Below, one piece after another: positions 1 to 6,245 of a stretch of 6,409 bases of DNA. The stretch is from a virus (Duplodnaviria; Heunggongvirae; Uroviricota; Caudoviricetes). Positions within the stretch are counted from its first letter, which is position 1. Each line of letters starts with the position of its first letter. Location of the stretch: the IMG/VR virus record IMGVR_UViG_2537561992_000024, positions 1 to 6,409 of that record, one strand, 5' to 3'. Below the pieces are notes generated by a model. The model made no database searches. It was not told where the DNA came from and worked only from the letters and a program-made list of their open reading frames with translations. The position numbers were made by a program, and so were the translations under genes.

Positions 1-19
1 CCGAAATGGGAATGAATGA
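1..19 (+). CDS. 3' end of an upstream gene, truncated by the window edge (last codons ...R-N-G-N-E-stop, stop at 17-19); possibly a RusA-like resolvase C-terminus
   Basis: Open frame from the window edge to TGA at 17-19. The stop overlaps the next ATG (16-18) in an ATGA arrangement typical of translational coupling. Only 5 codons are visible, so identity is a guess from lambdoid gene order. Confidence 0.25.
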
Positions 20-156
20 TGTTTGAGTTTTATATGGCAGAACGTCTTCGCCACCGCTGGGGGCGTCTGCGCTTATATCGTTTCCCCGGTTCTGTTTTGA
101 CCGATTACCGAATACTGAAGAATTACGCCAAAACCCTGACAGGAGCAGGAGTATGA
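16..156 (+). CDS. Small 46-aa prophage ORF (MMFEFYMAERLRHRWGRLRLYRFPGSVLTDYRILKNYAKTLTGAGV), YlcG-like, immediately upstream of Q
   Basis: ATG at 16-18 (second ATG at 19-21), stop TGA at 154-156. Not in the ORF track because it is under 60 aa. Its position between a rusA-like gene end and Q matches the DLP12-type nin region. No strong SD is visible. Confidence 0.45.
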   Translation: MMFEFYMAERLRHRWGRLRLYRFPGSVLTDYRILKNYAKTLTGAGV

Positions 157-241
157 AGTCAGAGATAACAATCAACTAATACTGTTTCGTTGATTTTTGC
201 TTGTAATTGGCGTTCTGGTCTGATTTTTGTGGAGTAAGTTG

Positions 242-625
242 ATGCGTGATATTCAGATGGTTCTTGAGCGTTGGGGAGCGTGGGCGGCTAATAATCATGA
301 AGATGTGACCTGGTCGTCCATTGCCGCCGGTTTTAAGGGATTAATTACTTCAAAAGTAAAATCTCGCCCGCAATGTTGTGACGATGACGCGATGATCATT
401 TGCGGGTGCATGGCCCGTCTGAAAAAGAACAACAGCGATTTGCACGATTTATTAGTAGATTATTATGTAGTCGGTATGACATTCATGTCACTGGCAGGTA
501 AGCATTGCTGCTCTGATGGTTATATCGGGAAAAGGTTACAGAAGGCTGAGGGCATAATTGAAGGGATGTTAATGGCATTAGATATCCGGTTAGAGATGGA
601 TATCGTTGTTAATAACTCTAATTAA
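242..625 (+). CDS. Q: Late-gene antiterminator Q (82/21/DLP12-type Q family), 127 aa
   Basis: The track ORF 227..625 begins at TTG. The likely true start is ATG 242-244, preceded by GGAG at 231-234 (7-nt spacing), giving [22 protein letters not shown]... with the Cys-rich CCDDD...CGC and CC motifs. I recognise the sequence as the lambdoid Q (QuuD-like) antiterminator. Confidence 0.9.
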   Translation: MRDIQMVLERWGAWAANNHEDVTWSSIAAGFKGLITSKVKSRPQCCDDDAMIICGCMARLKKNNSDLHDLLVDYYVVGMTFMSLAGKHCCSDGYIGKRLQKAEGIIEGMLMALDIRLEMDIVVNNSN

Positions 626-658
626 TATGCCAATTGTTTACTAAAAATTATTAAGAAT

Positions 659-676
659 GGGGCGTTGAAACGCCCC
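659..676. promoter_or_regulatory. Perfect palindrome GGGGCG-TTGAAA-CGCCCC just downstream of Q; candidate protein-binding or promoter element (TTGAAA could act as a -35)
   Basis: Seen directly: a 6-bp GC stem flanking TTGAAA, followed by an A-rich stretch and -10-like hexamers (TAATAT 690-695, TATAGT 710-715). Function is not established. Confidence 0.3.
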
Positions 677-715
677 CAAAAATAAAGGGTAATATATAAC
701 AGAAGGTTTATATAG

Positions 716-764
716 TTAGAAGCAAGGTTGTGCTTCTAAAGGAAGTGGCTTGAGGGAGCCACTT
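716..764. other. Two consecutive stem-loops (716-739 with a 9-bp stem; 743-764 with an 8-bp stem) between the convergent Q and porin genes
   Basis: Inverted repeats TTAGAAGCA/TGCTTCTAA and AAGTGGCT/AGCCACTT are seen directly. Neither is followed by a U-tract on either strand, so they are not canonical terminators by themselves. Confidence 0.3.
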
Positions 765-804
765 ATATGTTGGGGAGGCAAAGCCTCCCACAACATATGT
801 TTTA
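765..804 (+). terminator. Strong intrinsic terminator (15-bp GC-rich stem with one bulge, AAA loop, then GTTTT); candidate late terminator (tR'-like), also lying just 3' of the porin gene
   Basis: ATATGTTGGGGAGGC-AAA-GCCTCCCACAACATAT followed by GTTTT at 799-803. The stem plus T-tract is canonical on the plus strand. On the minus strand the hairpin sits 10 nt after the porin stop but lacks a U-tract. Confidence 0.6.
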
Positions 805-813
805 GTAATCAAA

Positions 814-1881
814 TTAGAACTGGTAAACCATACCTACAGCAACGATATCATCGGTAGCAACGCCAGATGCTTTCGTGAAATCGCTCTTATCAATCAGGTT
901 GATTTTGTAGTCAACAAAAGTGGACATATTTTTGTTGAAGTAATAGGTTGCACCTACATCAATATATTCAACCAGGTCCTGATCACCCCAAGCACCCAAG
1001 TCTTTCCCTTTAGATTGCAGATAAGCAACGGACGGACGCAGACCGAAGTCGAACTGATATTGTGCAACTACTTCGAAGTTTTGTGCTTTGTTGGCAATAT
1101 GGTTTTTACCAAAAACAGTCATGTTTTGGGTTTCAGAATAGGTAGTAGCCAGATAGATGTTGTTCGCATCATATTTCAGACCAGCTGCCCATACTTCAGC
1201 ATTTTGACCAGATGCATTCAGGCTGTTGTTACCGTAGATAACCTGATTATTAGTGCGATCAGATTTAGCATAGGTTGCACCTACGCCGAAACCTTCATAC
1301 TCATAAGTAGTGGAGAAACCGAAACCATCACCATTAGCTTGAGTTACGTCAGTACGGTCATTTTTACCCTGATACTGAGCAGCAAAGTTCAGACCATCAA
1401 CCAGACCAAAGAAGTCATTGTTACGATAAGTTGCAACACCTGTGGTGCGACCAGTCATGAATACATCTGTTTGGGTCCAGGTATCGCCACCGAATTCTGG
1501 CAGAACGTCGGTCCATGCACCAATATCGTATGCTACACCGTAGTTACGGCCATAATCGATGGAGCCGTAGTCACCGAATTTCAGGCCAGCGAAGGCAAGA
1601 CGGGTTTTATCTTTGGAGGAACCTTGAGATTCAGCGCGGTTGCCTTTGAATTCATATTCCCACTGACCGAAACCAGTCAGTTGATCGTTGATTTGGGTTT
1701 CACCTTTGAAGCCAAGACGGGCATAAGTAGTATCACCATCATCTGCATCATTAGAGGAGAAGTAGTGCTTAGCATTAACTTTCCCGTACAGATCCAGCTT
1801 GTTACTGTCTTTATTATAAATTTCAGCTGCCTGAGCAGACATCGCCATCAGTACTGATGCAGCTACAGCAGAAATTGCCAC
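814..1881 (-). CDS. nmpC: General diffusion porin of the OmpC/OmpF/PhoE family, NmpC/Lc/OmpD-type lysogenic-conversion porin; 16-strand beta-barrel with C-terminal ...VAVGMVYQF
   Basis: The 355-aa ORF has a signal-peptide-like N-terminus ending AQA followed by [16 protein letters not shown], the conserved porin motifs ([35 protein letters not shown]), and a C-terminal Phe. The track ORF starts at GTG 1879-1881 with no SD. An SD-linked ATG at 1893-1895 is out of frame by one base (see findings). Confidence 0.9.
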   Translation of the reverse strand: MAISAVAASVLMAMSAQAAEIYNKDSNKLDLYGKVNAKHYFSSNDADDGDTTYARLGFKGETQINDQLTGFGQWEYEFKGNRAESQGSSKDKTRLAFAGLKFGDYGSIDYGRNYGVAYDIGAWTDVLPEFGGDTWTQTDVFMTGRTTGVATYRNNDFFGLVDGLNFAAQYQGKNDRTDVTQANGDGFGFSTTYEYEGFGVGATYAKSDRTNNQVIYGNNSLNASGQNAEVWAAGLKYDANNIYLATTYSETQNMTVFGKNHIANKAQNFEVVAQYQFDFGLRPSVAYLQSKGKDLGAWGDQDLVEYIDVGATYYFNKNMSTFVDYKINLIDKSDFTKASGVATDDIVAVGMVYQF

Positions 1882-2099
1882 TGTTAATTTTTCATCGTGA
1901 GCCCTTTTTTTGAACTATTATTAAAAAATGATGTCACTGCGCGATAAATATTCATCTAATCAATGTGATTATTTCAAGATGTAAGTTTTGGTTTCTCATT
2001 TGATTTGTGAAGTAGATCTCTATTTTTATCTGAACTTTTTCTATCGAATCCTATTCATGGCTCTTGGCTGAATAAAAATAAATCTATTAGCCAATTTAT

Positions 2100-2140
2100 A
2101 TTAATGGCTGTTATTTATAAGTGCCCTATAATTTGAAGGT
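2100..2140. promoter_or_regulatory. AT-rich block with a perfect TATAAT (2127-2132, plus strand) and a TTGAAC...TTATAAAT arrangement on the minus strand; candidate promoter(s) for the late/lysis transcript and/or the porin
   Basis: Hexamers are seen directly, but no good -35 lies 17 bp upstream of the plus-strand TATAAT. Strand and function are unresolved. Confidence 0.2.
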
Positions 2141-2321
2141 TCAATTTAAATCGGCTAAAAATAACGCTGGAAATTATTTGTTGGTTATTTGTTGAGATTT
2201 GTTTATGTATTTGTAGTGGTGTTTTCAATACTCGGTAGCATTCTCGCAAATATCATTTAGTGGTTTACGTACGTAAAAAATTGGTTATGCTGTTAAGAGT
2301 GGTTACTTCGTCACACAGCTT

Positions 2322-2350
2322 AAACCCGCCGTCGAGCGGGTTTTTCCATT
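2322..2350 (+). terminator. Intrinsic terminator about 130 bp upstream of the holin gene (stem AAACCCGC/GCGGGTTT, loop CGTCGA, then TTTTTCCATTTTTT)
   Basis: A GC-rich stem and U-tract are seen directly. Its placement just upstream of S resembles lambda tR'. Confidence 0.5.
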
Positions 2351-2482
2351 TTTTGAGTCTCGATATTAGCTGATAACCCAATACCTGAGTTATTCACTGA
2401 CTCCGAGTCTGTTACGTTTCTGCTTTTTTGCGATACGTTGTATTCCCTCAATTTACACCCGCTTTGTCTGCGAGGTGGGGTT

Positions 2483-2698
2483 ATGAAATCCATGGATAAG
2501 TTAACAACGGGTGTCGCCTATGGCACCTCAGCAGGTAGTGCCGGTTACTGGTTTTTACAGCTGCTCGATAAAGTCACGCCCTCACAGTGGGCAGCAATAG
2601 GTGTGCTGGGTAGCCTGGTATTTGGCCTGCTGACGTACCTGACAAACCTTTATTTCAAGATTAAAGAAGATAAGCGCAAGGCTGCGAGAGGTGAATAA
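2483..2698 (+). CDS. S: Class II holin / pinholin (S21-type) with dual-start motif MKSM (antiholin from M1, holin from M4), 71 aa
   Basis: ATG at 2483 is preceded by GAGGTG at 2472-2477, with a second in-frame ATG at 2492. The product [71 protein letters not shown] has two TMDs and a charged C-terminus. The track ORF 2438..2698 starts at an upstream ATG with no SD. The stop overlaps the next gene's ATG. Confidence 0.9.
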
Positions 2699-3195
2699 TG
2701 CCTCCATCATTACGAAAAGCCGTTGCTGCTGCTATTGGTGGCGGAGCAATTGCTATAGCATCAGTGTTAATCACTGGCCCAAGTGGTAACGATGGTCTGG
2801 AAGGTGTCAGCTACATACCATACAAAGATATTGTTGGTGTATGGACTGTATGTCACGGGCATACAGGAAAAGACATCATGCTCGGTAAAACGTATACCAA
2901 AGCAGAATGCAAAGCACTCTTGAATAAAGACCTTGCCACTGTCGCCAGACAAATTAACCCGTACATCGAAGTCGATATACCGGAAACAACGCGCGGCGCT
3001 CTTTACTCATTCGTTTACAACGTGGGTGCTGGCAATTTCAGAACATCGACGCTTCTTCGCAAAATAAACCAGGGCGATATCAAAGGCGCATGTGATCAGC
3101 TACGTCGCTGGACATATGCTGGCGGTAAGCAATGGAAAGGTCTCATGACTCGTCGTGAGATTGAGCGTGAAATCTGTTTGTGGGGTCAGCAATGA
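2698..3195 (+). CDS. R: SAR endolysin (T4-lysozyme-like muramidase, R21-type) with an N-terminal signal-anchor-release domain, 165 aa
   Basis: The start overlaps the holin stop (TAATG). The Gly/Ala-rich weak [23 protein letters not shown] is followed by the catalytic triad positions E35, D44 and T50 in [18 protein letters not shown]. Confidence 0.92.
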   Translation: MPPSLRKAVAAAIGGGAIAIASVLITGPSGNDGLEGVSYIPYKDIVGVWTVCHGHTGKDIMLGKTYTKAECKALLNKDLATVARQINPYIEVDIPETTRGALYSFVYNVGAGNFRTSTLLRKINQGDIKGACDQLRRWTYAGGKQWKGLMTRREIEREICLWGQQ

Positions 3196-3653
3196 ACAGA
3201 GTAACCGCGATTATCTCCGCTCTGGTTATCTGCATCATCGTCTGCCTGTCATGGGCTGTTAATCATTACCGTGATAACGCCATTACCTACAAAGCCCAGC
3301 GCGACAAAAATGCCAGAGAACTGAAGCTGGCGAACGCGGCAATTACTGACATGCAGATGCGTCAGCGTGATGTTGCTGCGCTCGATGCAAAACACACGAA
3401 GGAGTTAGCTGATGCGAAAGCTGAAAATGATGCTCTGCGTGATGATGTTGCCGCTGGTCGTCGTCGGTTGCACATCAAAGCAGTCTGCCAGTCAGTGCGT
3501 GAAGCCACCACCGCCTCCGGCGTGGATAATGCAGCCTCCCCCCGACTGGCAGACACCGCTGAACGGGATTATTTCACCCTCAGAGAGAGGCTGATCACTA
3601 TGCAAAAACAACTGGAAGGAACCCAGACGTATATTAATGAGCAGTGCAGATAG
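3192..3653 (+). CDS. Rz: Rz inner-membrane spanin (i-spanin), 153 aa
   Basis: ATG 3192-3194 overlaps the endolysin stop (ATGA). The product has an N-terminal TMD ([19 protein letters not shown]) and a coiled-coil periplasmic domain, and is lambda-Rz-like. The track ORF starts at an upstream GTG. Confidence 0.9.
   Translation: MNRVTAIISALVICIIVCLSWAVNHYRDNAITYKAQRDKNARELKLANAAITDMQMRQRDVAALDAKHTKELADAKAENDALRDDVAAGRRRLHIKAVCQSVREATTASGVDNAASPRLADTAERDYFTLRERLITMQKQLEGTQTYINEQCR
3412..3594 (+). CDS. Rz1: Rz1 outer-membrane lipoprotein spanin (o-spanin), 60 aa, embedded in the +1 frame of Rz
   Basis: GGAG at 3401-3404 sits 7 nt before ATG 3412. The product has a lipobox (LVVVGC) and a proline-rich mature region ([16 protein letters not shown]), and lies entirely inside Rz in another frame. 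Confidence 0.88.
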   Translation: MRKLKMMLCVMMLPLVVVGCTSKQSASQCVKPPPPPAWIMQPPPDWQTPLNGIISPSERG

Positions 3654-3656
3654 AGC

Positions 3657-3674
3657 TGCCCATATCGATGGGCA
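3657..3674. terminator. Short hairpin (TGCCCAT-ATCG-ATGGGCA) between the convergent Rz and bor stops; possible weak bidirectional terminator
   Basis: A 7-bp stem with a 4-nt loop is seen directly. No U-tract on either side, so confidence is low. Confidence 0.25.
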
Positions 3675-3684
3675 ACTCATGCAA

Positions 3685-3978
3685 TTATTGTGAGCAATAC
3701 ACACGCGCTTCCAGCGGAGTATAAATGCCTAAAGTAATAAAACCGAGCAATCCATTTACGAATGTTTGCTGGGTTTCTGTTTTAACAACATTTTCTGCGC
3801 CGCCACAAATTTTGGCTGCATCAACAGTTTTCTCCTGTCCAATTCCCGAAACGAAGAAGTGATGGGTGATGGTTTCCTTTGGTGTTACTGCTGTCGGTTT
3901 GTTTCCAACAGTAAACGTCTGTTGAGCACATCCTGTAATAAGCATTGCCAGAGCGGCAGAAAACAACATTTTTTTCAT
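3685..3978 (-). CDS. bor: Bor outer-membrane lipoprotein (serum-resistance lysogenic-conversion protein, Iss family), 97 aa
   Basis: ATG at 3978..3976 is preceded by AGGA. The product MKKMLFSAALAMLITGCAQQTFTV...YTPLEARVYCSQ has a lipobox (LITGC). The track ORF 3685..4026 starts 16 codons upstream at an ATG with no SD. Confidence 0.9.
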   Translation of the reverse strand: MKKMLFSAALAMLITGCAQQTFTVGNKPTAVTPKETITHHFFVSGIGQEKTVDAAKICGGAENVVKTETQQTFVNGLLGFITLGIYTPLEARVYCSQ

Positions 3979-4274
3979 CTTATTATCCTGCATTGTTAAA
4001 AACGGCAGAATCCTATGTGACAACAATTAAACGATAGTTAAATGGATTGATGAAAATTAAAACTATATAGGTGGATGCTCAGCCTATTGGAGGAGGGGGG
4101 CACTCAGAATCCTGTGGAATGAAATAAACCGCTCTATCTGTCCATTACCCTTTTAGCTGCGCTGTATCGTCGCCGTATTCCCGCATTAACCATGACCGTA
4201 GCCCGACGGGGAATTCCTTCTGCGTGAGTGTGCGGGAATAATCAAAAACGATGCACACCGGGTTTTACTGTGCT

Positions 4275-4277
4275 GAC
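4275..4277. repeat. Left copy of the 3-bp target-site duplication (GAC) flanking the IS element
   Basis: GAC lies immediately outside the left terminal inverted repeat, and an identical GAC lies immediately outside the right one (5593-5595). Confidence 0.7.
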
Positions 4278-4318
4278 TGAACCGCCCCGGGTTCCTGGAG
4301 AGTGTTTTATCTGTGAAC

Positions 4319-5206
4319 TCAGGCTGCCAGATCATCGTTTCCGATGGAAGCATAATAAGCTTTTTCTGCTTCTGCCGGAGGAGTATGGCCCAGCCTTCCC
4401 AGCAATCGTCGATTGTTATACCAGTCCACCCACGTTAGTGTGGCCAGTTCCACTTCTGCACGGTTTTTCCAGCTCTTACGGTGTATTACCTCCGCTTTGT
4501 AAAGACCATTGATGCTCTCAGCCATCGCGTTGTCATACGAGTCACCTGTACTCCCTGTTGATGCCAGCAATCCGGCTTCTTTTAGTCGCTCCGTATAGGC
4601 CAGTGACACATACTGAGAACCTTTATCACTGTGATGGACTGTGCCGGACGGCCGACGGGCCCACAACGCCTGCTCCAGTGCATCCAGCACGAATGTCGTT
4701 TCCATAGACGATGAGACTCGCCACCCCACGATACATCCGGCAAACACATCAATGATGAACGCCACACAGACGAAGCCCTGCCATGTGCTGACGTAAGTAA
4801 AATCAGCCACCCACAGCTGGTCAGGACGTTCTGCCACGAACTGACGGTTTACGCGGTCGCCTGCGGAAACGGCTTTCCGGCTGACGGTAGTACGGACCTT
4901 TTTACCCCGGAGAACACCGGCAAGTCCCATAACCGCCATGAGGCGCGCCACTGTACATCTGGCCACCCTGATACCTTCGCGTAACAACTGGCGCCAGACT
5001 TTACGCACACCGTACACCTGATGATTTTCATCGTATACGCGCTGTATCTCTCTCTTCAGCCAGTCATCGCGCTGAGCACGGGCACTGCGTTTATCAGGAT
5101 GATGTCGCTGTTGCTGACAGTGGTAATACGTTGACGGGGCAATATGCAGCTCACTGCATACCGGTCCGACCCCGTACTGCTCACGCAGCTTATCCAGCAG
5201 TGGCAT
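4319..5206 (-). CDS. IS3-family transposase OrfB (DDE/RNase-H-fold catalytic domain), 295 aa, apparently intact
   Basis: Continuous ORF carrying the catalytic residues in context: WVADFTYV (D), HHSDKGSQY (D) and DNAMAESINGLYKAE (E). I recognise it as IS629-type OrfB. Confidence 0.9.
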   Translation of the reverse strand: MPLLDKLREQYGVGPVCSELHIAPSTYYHCQQQRHHPDKRSARAQRDDWLKREIQRVYDENHQVYGVRKVWRQLLREGIRVARCTVARLMAVMGLAGVLRGKKVRTTVSRKAVSAGDRVNRQFVAERPDQLWVADFTYVSTWQGFVCVAFIIDVFAGCIVGWRVSSSMETTFVLDALEQALWARRPSGTVHHSDKGSQYVSLAYTERLKEAGLLASTGSTGDSYDNAMAESINGLYKAEVIHRKSWKNRAEVELATLTWVDWYNNRRLLGRLGHTPPAEAEKAYYASIGNDDLAA

Positions 5207-5538
5207 TATTTTTTCCAGAGGCGGTCGAACTCCGCCTTCGCAAAATAAGCGGAAGCCTGGCGAAGGATATCGTTACTGCGGCGCAGTTCACGATTTTCAC
5301 GTTCCAGCTCTTTTCAGACGCTGACGTTCAGCGCTGGTGAGCCCCACCATCACCGCCCCCCGGTATCCCCGCTCCATGCTGGCGAACCCAGACACGCAGG
5401 GTCTCCGGCGTACAGCCAATCTTTGGGGCAATGGAACAAATTGCCGCCCACTGTGAGTCATATTCATCCTGACTTTCCAGAACCATACGAATCGCCCGCT
5501 GACGGACTTACGGGGGAAAAACGAGTATTTTTAGTCAT
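5206..5538 (-). pseudogene. IS3-family OrfA (HTH plus leucine-zipper transposase N-terminal module), disrupted by multiple single-base insertions
   Basis: ATG at 5538..5536 with AAGAGG 7 nt upstream opens MTKNTRFSP, then stops after 24 codons. The OrfA motifs continue in other frames: [44 protein letters not shown] (+1), [10 protein letters not shown] (+2), and ELERENRELRRSNDILRQASAYFAKAEFDRLWKK-stop (back in frame 0). Confidence 0.75.
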
Positions 5539-5592
5539 CCTGTTTACCTCTTTCTCAGGGAGTTTAGTCTCCAGGATTTCCGGGGCGGTTCA

Positions 5593-5595
5593 GAC
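5593..5595. repeat. Right copy of the 3-bp target-site duplication (GAC)
   Basis: See the left copy at 4275-4277. Confidence 0.7.
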
Positions 5596-5655
5596 AGACG
5601 CAGGGTTACCCTCATAGTCGCTTTTCCGGTGCGATGGTGGAAGAAACCGGGATGT

Positions 5656-5850
5656 TTATTCATCATCACTTTGGATTGATGTATATGCTCTCTTTTCTGA
5701 CGTTAGTCTCCGACGGCAGGCTTCAATGACCCAGGCTGAGAAATTCCCAGACCCTTTTTGCTCAAGAGCGATGTTAATTTGTTCAATCATTTGGTTAGGA
5801 AAGCGGATGTTGCGGGTTGTTGTTCTGCGGGTTTTGTTCTTCGTTGACAT
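5656..5850 (-). CDS. Small basic protein (64 aa) with a ribbon-helix-helix-like pattern (RNIRFP strand, then helices NQMIEQINIALEQ and NFSAWVIEACRRRL); putative DNA-binding protein of the cos-proximal region (YlcI/DUF3950-like)
   Basis: ATG at 5850..5848 on the minus strand gives MSTKNKTRRTTTRNIRFPNQMIEQINIALEQKGSGNFSAWVIEACRRRLTSEKRAYTSIQSDDE. The fold is inferred from the sequence pattern only. Confidence 0.6.
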   Translation of the reverse strand: MSTKNKTRRTTTRNIRFPNQMIEQINIALEQKGSGNFSAWVIEACRRRLTSEKRAYTSIQSDDE

Positions 5851-6050
5851 GAGGTTGCCCCGTATTCAGTGTCGCTGATTTGTATTGTCTGAAGTTGTTT
5901 TTACGTTAAGTTGATGCAGATCAATTAATACGATACCTGCGTCATAATTGATTATTTGACGTGGTTTGATGGCGTAGATGCACGTTGTGACATATAGATG
6001 ATAATTATTATTCATTTTGCGGGTCCTTTCCGGCGATCCGACAGGTTACG

Positions 6051-6062
6051 GGGCGGCGACCT
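6051..6062 (+). other. cosN: the 12-nt cohesive-end sequence GGGCGGCGACCT (identical to phage lambda), with lambda-like flanks (ACAGGTTACG upstream; CGCGGGTTTTCGCTATTTATGAAAATTTTCCGG downstream)
   Basis: I recognise an exact match to the lambda cohesive-end sequence and its immediate flanks. It sits between the right-arm genes and a Nu1-like gene, as in lambda. Confidence 0.85.
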
Positions 6063-6100
6063 CGCGGGTTTTCGCTATTTATGAAAATTTTCCGGGATCC

Positions 6101-6111
6101 ATGTCCGGTTT
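6101..6111. repeat. cosB R3-like terminase-binding repeat (ATGTCCGGTTT), inverted relative to the two downstream copies
   Basis: Reverse complement of the AAACCGGACAT core repeated at 6157-6169 and 6187-6199. Confidence 0.5.
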
Positions 6112-6156
6112 CTCTTCAAGTTAACTATATGAAAAATATAAAAACAGGTCTTCTGT

Positions 6157-6169
6157 GAACCGGACATGA
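6157..6169. repeat. cosB R2-like repeat (GAACCGGACATGA)
   Basis: Direct repeat of the 6187-6199 copy, separated from the R3-like copy by an A/T-rich spacer (a possible IHF-bend region). Confidence 0.5.
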
Positions 6170-6186
6170 ACAAAAAATAGATATGT

Positions 6187-6199
6187 AAACCGGACATGA
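6187..6199. repeat. cosB R1-like repeat (AAACCGGACATGA), part of the local palindrome AAACCGG-ACATGA-CCGGTTT
   Basis: Seen directly. It lies about 45 bp upstream of the terminase small-subunit start. Confidence 0.5.
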
Positions 6200-6245
6200 C
6201 CGGTTTTGTTGTGATTGTGAGGTGAGAGTTTTTGCGAGGTGAGGA

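Larger units (their letters stand above)
4278..5592 (-). mobile_element. IS3-family insertion sequence (IS629/IS1203-like), 1315 bp, with imperfect terminal inverted repeats of about 25 bp (TGAACCGCCCCGG...CCTGGAGA) and orfA/orfB organisation
   Basis: The left end TGAACCGCCCCGGGTTCCTGGAGA matches the reverse complement of the right end (TGAACCGCCCCGGAAATCCTGGAGA). Inside are a DDE transposase orfB and an upstream orfA with a TAATG overlap. The element is flanked by direct GAC repeats. Confidence 0.9.

Noticed and set aside
1015-1857. 280-aa plus-strand ORF
   Set aside because: It lies entirely antisense to the porin gene, has low-complexity Ile/Thr/Ser-rich composition and no SD. It is a shadow ORF of the highly expressed-type porin codon usage.
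2767-2952. 61-aa minus-strand ORF
   Set aside because: Antisense inside the SAR endolysin gene with no start context.
3362-3704. Minus-strand ORFs 3362..3556 and 3492..3704
   Set aside because: Both are antisense to Rz/Rz1, and one runs through the Rz-bor terminator hairpin. The composition (runs of G, A, S) mirrors the Rz1 proline codons.
3766-3999. 77-aa plus-strand ORF
   Set aside because: Antisense inside bor.
4027-4277. Possible remnant genes between bor and the IS
   Set aside because: No ORF longer than about 20 codons in any frame once the IS is removed in silico. I treat it as noncoding, though a decayed gene cannot be excluded without alignment.
4228-4512. 94-aa plus-strand ORF crossing the IS left end
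   Set aside because: It starts in flanking DNA and reads through the terminal inverted repeat into antisense orfB; a junction artefact.
4275-5595. IS-mediated deletion of neighbouring prophage genes
   Set aside because: The matching 3-bp GAC direct repeats on both sides argue for a simple insertion. Any gene loss here predates or is independent of the IS.
4582-5617. Short ORFs 4582..4767(-), 4849..5031(-), 5131..5340(+), 5423..5617(+)
   Set aside because: These are alternative-frame or antisense ORFs inside the IS element. The two minus-strand ones are out of frame with orfB, and the plus-strand ones are antisense to orfA and the right inverted repeat.
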